Source: Candidatus Omnitrophota bacterium
Lineage (GTDB): Bacteria; Omnitrophota; Gorgyraeia; Zapsychrales; JANLHA01
Direction: 5' to 3'
Assembly: GCA_963662715.1 (NCBI GenBank)
Contig: OY759724.1
Coordinates: 30,001-62,000, forward strand
Length of the DNA stretch: 32,000 nt
The translations under genes were made by a program, and so were the position numbers. Of this stretch, positions 1 through 12,000 are shown one piece after another; within the stretch, counting starts at the first letter, position 1, and each line of letters begins with the position of its first letter. Under the pieces are notes generated by a model. The model was not told the DNA's origin. It saw only the letters and a program-made list of their open reading frames with translations, and did no database searches.

Positions 1-3000
1 CCTGCCAATTAACCCCCGTATCACTTAACACATTCAAATCCTGCCAGTTGATCCCTGCATCACTTAATACATCAATATCTGCCCAGTTGATCCCCGCATC
101 ACTTAATACATCTATGTCCAGCCAGTTGATCCCCGCATCACTCATCACATCGATGTCCAGCCAGTTTATCCCCGCGTCACTCATATCATTCACACTCACC
201 CAGTTAATCCCCATGTCACTCATCACATTCAAATCCTGCCAGTTAATCCCCGTATCCGATAGCACATCCAAATCTAACCAATTAATCCCCGTATCACTTA
301 AGACATCAATATCCAGCCAGTTGATTCCCGCATTCGTCATATCACTCATACTCACCCAGTTCATCCCCATATCACTCATCACATCTATGTCCAGCCAGTT
401 GATCCCCGCGTCACTCATATCATTCACACTCACCCAGTTAATCCCCATGTCACTCATCACATTCAAATCCTGCCAGTTGATCCCCGTATCCGAGAGCACA
501 TCCATATCCTGCCAGTTGATCCCCGCATCGCTCAGGATATCCAAGTCCAGCCAGTTGATCCCCGCGTTCGTCATATCACTCATACTCACCCAGTTCATCC
601 CGATATCACTCATCACATCGATATCCAGCCAGTTGATCCCCGCGTCACTCATATCATTCACACTCACCCAGTTAATCCCCATGTCACTCATCACATTTAT
701 ATCCTGCCAGTTGATCCCCGTATCCGAGAGCACATCTAAATCCTGCCAGTTGATCCCCGCATCACTCAGGATATCCAAATCCAGCCAATTGATCCCCGCA
801 TTCGTCATATCACTCATACTCACCCAGTTCATCCCCGCATCACTCATCACATCGATATCCTGCCAGTTGATCCCCGCATCACTTAAATCATTCATGCTCA
901 CCCAGTTAATACCCATGTCACTCATAACATTTATGTCCTGCCAGTTGATCCCCGTATCCGATAGCACATCTAAATCCTGCCAGTTGATCCCCGCATCACT
1001 CAGGATATCCAAGTCCAGCCAGTTAATTCCCGCGTTCGTCATATCACTCATACTCACCCAGTTCATCCCCGTATCACTCATCACATCGATATCCAGCCAG
1101 TTGATCCCCGCGTCACTTAAATCATTCACACTCACCCAATTGATCCCCATATCACTCATCACATTCAAATCCTGCCAGTTGATCCCCGTATCCGAGAGCA
1201 CATCCAGATCCTGCCAGTTGATCCCCGCATCGCTCATCACATCGATGTCCAGCCAGTTGATCCCCGCGTCACTTAAATCATTCACACTCACCCAATTGAT
1301 CCCTATATCACTCATCACATTTATGTCCTGCCAATTAACCCCCGCATCACTTAACACATCAATATCCGACCAGTTGATCCCCGCATCTGATAGGACATCC
1401 AAATCCGACCAATTGATCCCTGTATCTGAAATAACATCAATGTCCGACCAGTTGATCCCCGCGTCCGAAAGAACATCGATATCCAGCCAGTTGATCCCCG
1501 CGTTCGTCATATCACTCATACTCACCCAGTTCATCCCCATATCACTCATCACATCGATATCCACCCAGTTGATCCCCGCGTCACTTAAATCATTCACACT
1601 CACCCAATTGATCCCCATATCACTCATCACATTTATGTCCTGCCAGTTGATCCCTGTATCACTCAATACATCCATATCCTGCCAGTTAATCCCCGCATCA
1701 CTCATCACATCGATATCCAGCCAGTTGATCCCCGCATCACTTAAATCATTCACACTCACCCAGTTAATCCCCATGTCACTCATAACATTTATGTCCTGCC
1801 AGTTGATTCCTGTATCTGATAGAACATCCAAATCCTGCCAGTTGATCCCTGCATCGCTCATCACATCCAAATCCAGCCAGTTGATCCCCGTATCTGATAG
1901 AACATCCAAATCCTGCCAGTTTATCCCCGCATCACTCATCACATCGATGTCCAGCCAGTTAATCCCCGCGTCACTTAAATCATTCACACTCACCCAATTG
2001 ATCCCCATATCACTCATCACATTTATGTCCTGCCAGTTGATCCCTGTATCACTCAATACATCCAAATCCCGCCAATTAATCCCCGCATCACTCAGAGCAT
2101 TAATATCCTGCCAGTTGATCCCTGTATCACTCAATACATCGATGTCCAGCCAATTGATTCCTGTGTCACTTAACACATCGATATCCAGCCAGTTGATCCC
2201 CGCGTTCGTCATATCACTCATACTCACCCAGTTCATCCCCATATCACTCAGCACATCAATATCCTGCCAGTTGATCCCCGCGTCACTCAAATCATTCACA
2301 CTCACCCAATTGATCCCCGCGTCACTCATCACATTTATATCTGACCAGTTGACCCCTGTATCGCTCAACACATCCAGATCCAGCCAATTAATCCCCGTGT
2401 CACTCATCACATCTATATCCAGCCAGTTGATCCCCGCATCGCTTAAATCATTCACACTCACCCAGTTCACCCCCGCACTGCTCATCACATCGATATCCAG
2501 CCAATTAATCCCCGTGTCACTCATCACATCTATATCCAGCCAGTTGATCCCCGCATCACTTAACACATCGATGTCCTGCCAGTTGATTCCCGCGTCTGAG
2601 ATAACATCCAGGTCCAGCCAGTTAATCCCCGCATCACTCATCACATCGATATCCAGCCAGTTAATCCCCGCGTCACTTAAATCATTCACACTCACCCAGT
2701 TCACCCCGGCACTACTCATCACATTTATGTCCTGCCAGTTGATCCCCGTATCGCTCAACACATCCAGGTCCAGCCAATTGATCCCCGCGTCACTCAGCAC
2801 ATTAATATCCTGCCAGTTAATTCCCGCATCACTCAGCACATTAATATCCTGCCAATTGATCCCCGCATCACTTAACACATCGATATCCAGCCAGTTGATC
2901 CCTGCGTCACTCAAATCATTCACACTCACCCAATTAATCCCCATATCACTCATCACATCAATATCCACCCAATTAATCCCTGTATCTGAAAGAACATCCA

Positions 3001-6000
3001 GGTCCAGCCAGTTGATCCCCGCATCACTTAACACATCGATGTCCTGCCAGTTGATTCCCGCGTCTGAGATAACATCCAGATCCAGCCAATTAATTCCCGC
3101 ATCACTCATCACATCGATATCCTGCCAGTTGATCCCCGCGTCACTCAAATCATTCACACTCACCCAATTTACCCCGGCATTGCTCATCACATCAATATCC
3201 TGCCAGTTGATCCCCGCGTCACTCAATACATCCAAATCCACCCAATTGATCCCCGCATCACTCAGAACATTAATATCTGACCAGTTGATCCCCGTATCTG
3301 AGATAACATCCAGATCCAGCCAATTAATTCCCGCATCACTTAACACATCGATATCCAGCCAGTTGATCCCCGCGTCACTTAAATCATTCACACTCACCCA
3401 GTTGATCCCCATATCACTCATCACATTTATGTCCTGCCAGTTGATCCCCGTATCGCTCAACACATCCAAATCCACCCAGTTGATCCCCGCATCACTTAAG
3501 ACATCCAAATCCTGCCAGTTAATCCCCGTATCACTTAACACATCGATGTCCTGCCAGTTCACTCCGGCGTCACTCATCACATCAATATCCAGCCAATTGA
3601 TCCCCGCGTCACTTAAATCATTCACACTCACCCAGTTTACCCCGGCACTACTCATCACATTTATGTCCTGCCAGTTGATCCCCGTATCGGATAGAACATC
3701 TAAATCCTGCCAATTAATCCCCGCGTCACTCATCACGTCAACATCCTGCCAGTTGATCCCCGCATCACTCAGATCATTCACACTCACCCAGTTGATCCCC
3801 ATATCACTCATCACATCAATGTCCAGCCAGTTGATCCCCGCGTCACTCAAATCATTCACACTCACCCAATTTACCCCGGCACTGCTCATCACATCGATGT
3901 CCTGCCAGTTGATCCCCGTATCTGACAGAACATCTAAATCCTGCCAGTTAATCCCCGCGTCACTCAACACATCAATGTCCAGCCAGTTAATCCCCGCATC
4001 ACTCAAATCATTCACGCTCACCCAATTAATTCCCATATCACTCAACACATCAATATCCAGCCAGTTGATCCCCGCATCACTTAAAATATTTAAATCCCTC
4101 CAATTGATTCCTGCGTCAGAGAAAACGTCCAAATCCTGCCAGTTAATCCCTACATCTGAAAGGACATCCAAATCCAACCAGTTGATCCCCGCATCACTTA
4201 ATACATCAATGTCCAGCCAGTTGATTCCCGCGTCACTCAAATCATTCACACTCACCCAGTTGATCCCCATATCACTCATCACATTTATATCCTGCCAGTT
4301 GATCCCCACATTCGTCATATCACTCATGCTCACCCAGTTCATCCCCATATCACTCATCACATTCAAATCCTGCCAGTTGATTCCCGTATCACTTAATACA
4401 TCCAAGTCCTGCCAGTTAATTCCCGCATCACTTAACACATCGATGTCCAGCCAGTTGATCCCCGCATTCGTCATATCACTCATACTCACCCAGTTCATCC
4501 CCATATCACTCATCACATCAATGTCCTGCCAGTTGATCCCCGCATCACTCAAGTCATTCATACTCACCCAGTTGATCCCTATATCACTCATCACATTTAT
4601 ATCTGACCAGTTGATCCCCGTGTCACTTAACACATCCATATCCGACCAGTTGATCCCCGCATCACTTAAGACATCTATGTCCAACCAGTTAATCCCCGCA
4701 TCCGTCATATCACCTATGTTTATCCAATTCACCCCCGCATCACTCATCACATCGATATCCTGCCAGTTGATCCCCGCGGCACTCAAATCATTCACACTCA
4801 CCCAGTTGATCCCCGCATCTGATAGAACATTCAAATCCGACCAATTAATTCCTGTGTCTGAGAGAACATCAATGTCCAGCCAGTTGATCCCCGCGTCACT
4901 TAAGACATCGATGTCCAACCAGTTCATCCCCGCATTCGTCATATCACTCATACTCACCCAGTTCATCCTTGCATCACTCATCACATCAATGTCCAGCCAG
5001 TTGATCCCCGCGTCACTTAAATCATTCACACTCACCCAATTGATCCCCGCGTCACTCATTTCATTAATGTCCGACCAATTGACTCCCGTATCACTTAACA
5101 CATCCCAATCCAGCCAGTTGATCCCCGCGTCACTCATCACATCGATATCCAGCCAGTTGATCCCCGCATCGCTTAAATCATTCACACTCACCCAATTGAT
5201 CCCCATATCACTCATCACATCAATATCCTGCCAATTGATCCCTGTGTCTGAAAGCACATCCAGGTCCAGCCAGTTGATCCCCGCCTCACTTAACACATCA
5301 ATGTCCAGCCAGTTGATCCCCGCCTCACTTAACACATCCAAATCCAGCCAGTTGATCCCCGCGTCACTCATCACATCTATATCCAGCCAGTTGATCCCCG
5401 CGTCACTCAAATCATTCACACTCACCCAGTTAATCCCCATGTCACTCATAACATTTATGTCCTGCCAGTTGATCCCTGTATCACTCAACACATCCAAATC
5501 CCGCCAATTAATCCCCGCATCACTCAGAGCATTAATATCCTGCCAGTTGATCCCTGTATCACTCAATACATCGATGTCCAGCCAATTGATTCCTGTGTCA
5601 CTTAACACATCGATATCCAGCCAGTTGATCCCCGCGTTCGTCATATCACTCATACTCACCCAGTTCATCCCCATATCACTCAGCACATCAATATCCTGCC
5701 AGTTGATCCCCGCGTCACTCAAATCATTCACACTCACCCAATTGATCCCCGCGTCACTCATCACATTTATATCTGACCAGTTGACCCCCGTATCGCTCAA
5801 CACATCCAGATCCAGCCAATTAATCCCCGTGTCACTCATCACATCTATATCCAGCCAGTTGATCCCCGCATCGCTTAAATCATTCACACTCACCCAATTA
5901 ATCCCCATATCACTCATCACATTTATATCTGACCAGTTGATCCCCGTGTCTGAAAGTACATCCAGGTCCACCCAGTTGATCCCCGCATCACTTAACACAT

Positions 6001-9000
6001 CGATGTCCAGCCAGTTGATCCCCGTATCTGAGATAACATCCAGGTCCAGCCAGTTAATCCTTGCATCACTCATCACATCGATATCCTGCCAGTTAATCCC
6101 CGCGTCACTTAAATCATTCACACTCACCCAGTTTACCCCGGCACTACTCATCACATCGATGTCCTGCCAGTTGATCCCCGTATCGCTCAACACATCCAGG
6201 TCCAGCCAATTGATCCCCGCGTCACTCAGCACATTAATATCCTGCCAGTTAATTCCCGCATCACTCAGCACATTAATATCCTGCCAATTGATCCCCGCAT
6301 CACTTAACACATCGATATCCAGCCAGTTGATCCCTGCGTCACTCAAATCATTCACACTCACCCAGTTCACCCCCGCACTGCTCATCACATCGATATCCAC
6401 CCAATTAATCCCTGTATCTGAAAGAACATCCAGGTCCAGCCAGTTGATCCCCACATCACTTAACACATCGATGTCCTGCCAGTTGATTCCCGCGTCTGAG
6501 ATAACATCCAGATCCAGCCAATTAATTCCCGCATCACTCATCACATCGATATCCTGCCAGTTGATCCCCGCGTCACTCAAATCATTCACACTCACCCAAT
6601 TTACCCCGGCATTGCTCATCACATCAATATCCTGCCAGTTGATCCCCGCGTCACTCAATACATCCAAATCCACCCAATTGATCCCCGCATCACTCAGAAC
6701 ATTAATATCTGACCAGTTGATCCCCGTATCTGAGATAACATCCAGATCCAGCCAATTAATTCCCGCATCACTTAACACATCGATATCCAGCCAGTTGATC
6801 CCCGCGTCACTTAAATCATTCACACTCACCCAGTTGATCCCCATATCACTCATCACATTTATGTCCTGCCAGTTGATCCCCGTATCGCTCAACACATCCA
6901 AATCCACCCAGTTGATCCCCGCATCACTTAAGACATCCAAATCCTGCCAGTTAATCCCCGTATCACTTAACACATCGATGTCCTGCCAGTTCACTCCGGC
7001 GTCACTCATCACATCAATATCCAGCCAATTGATCCCCGCGTCACTTAAATCATTCACACTCACCCAGTTTACCCCGGCACTACTCATCACATTTATGTCC
7101 TGCCAGTTGATCCCCGTATCGGATAGAACATCTAAATCCTGCCAATTAATCCCCGCGTCACTCATCACGTCAACATCCTGCCAGTTGATCCCCGCATCAC
7201 TCAGATCATTCACACTCACCCAGTTGATCCCCATATCACTCATCACATCAATGTCCAGCCAGTTGATCCCCGCGTCACTCAAATCATTCACACTCACCCA
7301 ATTTACCCCGGCACTGCTCATCACATCGATGTCCTGCCAGTTGATCCCCGTATCTGACAGAACATCTAAATCCTGCCAGTTAATCCCCGCGTCACTCAAC
7401 ACATCAATGTCCAGCCAGTTAATCCCCGCATCACTCAAATCATTCACGCTCACCCAATTAATTCCCATATCACTCAACACATCAATATCCAGCCAGTTGA
7501 TCCCCGCATCACTTAAAATATTTAAATCCCTCCAATTGATTCCTGCGTCAGAGAAAACGTCCAAATCCTGCCAGTTAATCCCTACATCTGAAAGGACATC
7601 CAAATCCAACCAGTTGATCCCCGCATCACTTAATACATCAATGTCCAGCCAGTTGATTCCCGCGTCACTCAAATCATTCACACTCACCCAGTTGATCCCC
7701 ATATCACTCATCACATTTATATCCTGCCAGTTGATCCCCACATTCGTCATATCACTCATGCTCACCCAGTTCATCCCCATATCACTCATCACATTCAAAT
7801 CCTGCCAGTTGATTCCCGTATCACTTAATACATCCAAGTCCTGCCAGTTAATTCCCGCATCACTTAACACATCGATGTCCAGCCAGTTGATCCCCGCATT
7901 CGTCATATCACTCATACTCACCCAGTTCATCCCCATATCACTCATCACATCAATGTCCTGCCAGTTGATCCCCGCATCACTCAAGTCATTCATACTCACC
8001 CAGTTGATCCCTATATCACTCATCACATTTATATCTGACCAGTTGATCCCCGTGTCACTTAACACATCCATATCCGACCAGTTGATCCCCGCATCACTTA
8101 AGACATCTATGTCCAACCAGTTAATCCCCGCATCCGTCATATCACCTATGTTTATCCAATTCACCCCCGCATCACTCATCACATCGATATCCTGCCAGTT
8201 GATCCCCGCGGCACTCAAATCATTCACACTCACCCAGTTGATCCCCGCATCTGATAGAACATTCAAATCCGACCAATTAATTCCTGTGTCTGAGAGAACA
8301 TCAATGTCCAGCCAGTTGATCCCCGCGTCACTTAAGACATCGATGTCCAACCAGTTCATCCCCGCATTCGTCATATCACTCATACTCACCCAGTTCATCC
8401 TTGCATCACTCATCACATCAATGTCCAGCCAGTTGATCCCCGCGTCACTTAAATCATTCACACTCACCCAATTGATCCCCGCGTCACTCATTTCATTAAT
8501 GTCCGACCAATTGACTCCCGTATCACTTAACACATCCCAATCCAGCCAGTTGATCCCCGCGTCACTCATCACATCGATATCCAGCCAGTTGATCCCCGCA
8601 TCGCTTAAATCATTCACACTCACCCAATTGATCCCCATATCACTCATCACATCAATATCCTGCCAATTGATCCCTGTGTCTGAAAGCACATCCAGGTCCA
8701 GCCAGTTGATCCCCGCCTCACTTAACACATCAATGTCCAGCCAGTTGATCCCCGCCTCACTTAACACATCCAAATCCAGCCAGTTGATCCCCGCGTCACT
8801 CATCACATCTATATCCAGCCAGTTGATCCCCGCGTCACTCAAATCATTCACACTCACCCAGTTGATCCCCATATCACTCATCACATCAATATCCTGCCAG
8901 TTGATCCCTGTATCACTCAACACATCCAAATCCCGCCAATTAATCCCCGCATCACTCAGAGCATTAATATCCTGCCAGTTGATCCCTGTATCACTCAATA

Positions 9001-12000
9001 CATCGATGTCCAGCCAGTTGATTCCCGCATCACTTAACACATCAATATCCAGCCAGTTGATCCCTGCGTTCGTCATATCACTCATACTCACCCAGTTCAT
9101 CCCCATGTCACTCATCACATCAATATCCTGCCAGTTGATCCCCGCGTCACTCAAATCATTCACACTCACCCAATTGATCCCCATGTCACTCATCACATCA
9201 ATATCCTGCCAGTTGATCCCCGTGTCACTTAACACATCAATATCCTGCCAGTTCACTCCGGCATCACTTAAAACACCTATATCCAGCCAGTTGATCCCCG
9301 CGTCACTCAAATCATTCACACTCACCCAGTTGATCCCCATATCACTCATCACATCGATATCCTGCCAATTGATCCCTGTATCTGAGAGCACATCCAAATC
9401 CACCCAATTAATTCCCGCATCTGAAAGCACATCCAAATCTGACCAGTTGATCCCTGTATCTGAGAGCACATCCAAATCCACCCAGTTGATCCCCGCATCA
9501 CTCAACACATCAATATCCAGCCAGTTGATCCCCGCGTCACTCAAATCATTCACACTCACCCAGTTAATCCCGGCACTGCTCATCACATCGATGTCCTGCC
9601 AGTTGATCCCCGTATCGCTCAACACATCCAGGTCCAGCCAATTGATCCCCGCGTCACTCAGCACATTAATATCCTGCCAGTTAATTCCCGCATCACTCAG
9701 CACATTAATATCCTGCCAGTTGATCCCCGCATCACTTAACACATCTAAATCCTGCCAGTTGATCCCCGCATCACTTAAATCATTCACGCTCACCCAGTTC
9801 ACTCCGGCACTGCTCATCACATCGATATCCAGCCAATTGATCCCTGTATCTGAAAGAACATTCAGGTCCAGCCAGTTGATCCCCGCATCACTTAACACAT
9901 CTAAATCCTGCCAGTTGATCCCCGCATCACTTAACACATCCCAATCCAGCCAGTTGATCCCCGCGTCACTCATCACATCAATATCCAGCCAGTTGATCCC
10001 CGCGTCACTTAAATCATTCACACTCACCCAGTTTACCCCGGCACTACTCATCACATCAATATCCAACCAGTTGATCCCTGTATCACTCAATACATCCAAA
10101 TCCACCCAGTTGATCCCCGCATCGCTCAGGACATTGATATCCTGCCAATTAATTCCCGTATCGCTCAACACATCCAAATCCAACCAATTGATCCCCGCAT
10201 CACTTAACACATCGATATCCAGCCAGTTGATCCCCGCATCACTTAAATCATTCACACTCACCCAGTTGATCCCCATATCACTCATCACATTTATGTCCTG
10301 CCAGTTGATCCCCGTATCGCTCAACACATCCAAATCCAGCCAGTTAATCCCCGAGGAAGACAGTTCAGCTATATTCATCCAATTAATCCCATTGATCGTC
10401 ATCTTTCCCATGTCTGTCCAGTTAATTCCTGCTTCAGACATAACTGTTATGTTATCCCAATTAATTCCTTTTAAAGACATTTCTCCAATATTCAACCAGT
10501 TAATATCTGAATCTGACATTTCTCCAATCCTATCCCAATTAATGCCACTCATTGTCATTTCGTCAAGATTTAACCAATTAACACCTGAAATCGACATGTC
10601 ACTGATGCTATCCCAATTAATTCCTTTATTAGCCATATCAACCAATCCATCCCAGTTCACTCCAGCATCGCTCATCACGTCAATATCCAGCCAATTGATC
10701 CCCGCATCAGTTAACACATCCAAATCCAACCAATTGATCCCCGCATCACTTAAGACATCGATATCCTCCCAGTTAATACCCTTATCCGCTAATACATCAA
10801 TATCTTTCCAATTTATCCCTGTATCACTCAGGATATCAATATCGGCCCAATTGATCCCCGCATCACTCAAATCATTCACACTCACCCAATTGATCCCCAC
10901 ATCACTCAGCACATCGATATCCAGCCAGTTGATCCCCGTATCACTCAAGTCATTTATACTTACCCAGTTCACCCCCGCACTGCTCATCACATCAATATCC
11001 GTCCAATTGATGCCCGTATCTGAAAGAATATCCAAATCCCTCCAATTAATTCCCGCATCACTTAAAACATCCAAATCCCGCCAGTTGATCCCTGCATCAC
11101 TTAACACATCCAAGTCCCGCCAGTTGATCCCCGCATCACTCAACACATCAATATCCAGCCAATTGATCCCCGCGTCACTTAAATCATTCACGCTCACCCA
11201 GTTCATCCCCACATCACTTAATACATCAATGTCCCGCCAGTTGATTCCCGTATCGCTTAGAACATTAATATCTTCCCAATTGATTCCCGCATCACTTAAG
11301 ACATCAATGTCTAACCAGTTAATGCCCGCATCACTCAGATCGTTGATTCCAGTCCAATTAATCCCTCTATCACTCAGCACATCAATATCCAGCCAATTGA
11401 TCCCCGCGTCACTCAAATCATTCACACTCACCCAGTTCACGCCCGCACTGCTCATCACATCGATATCCAGCCAGTTAATCCCCGTATCCGAAAAAACGTC
11501 CAAGTCCTGCCAGTTGATCCCTGCATCACTTAAGACATCGATATCCTGCCAGTTGATCCCTGCTTTTGACATAAGATCTATACCAGTCCAATTTACCCCT
11601 CTATCACTCATCACATCAATATCCGCCCAATTGATCCCTGCCGCACTCATACTATAGACGCTTAACCAGTTAATCCCTTGCTCGCTCATAATGTTAATAT
11701 CCTGCCAGTTAACTCCTGATAAACTTAAATCGTATATTCCTAACCAATTGATATTCCGAGTACTCATGACACCAACATCAAGCCAGTTGATGCCGGCCGT
11801 ACTTAATTCACCAATTTCAAGCCAATTGACAGCACGGTCACTCATCACATCCAAATCCAACCAATTGATCCCCGCATCACTTAAAACATTGATATCCATC
11901 CAATTAACCCCGGCATCACTTAAGACATCAAGATCGGCCCAATTAATTCCCATATCACTCATCACATCTATATCCAGCCAATTAATGCCGGCATCACTCA

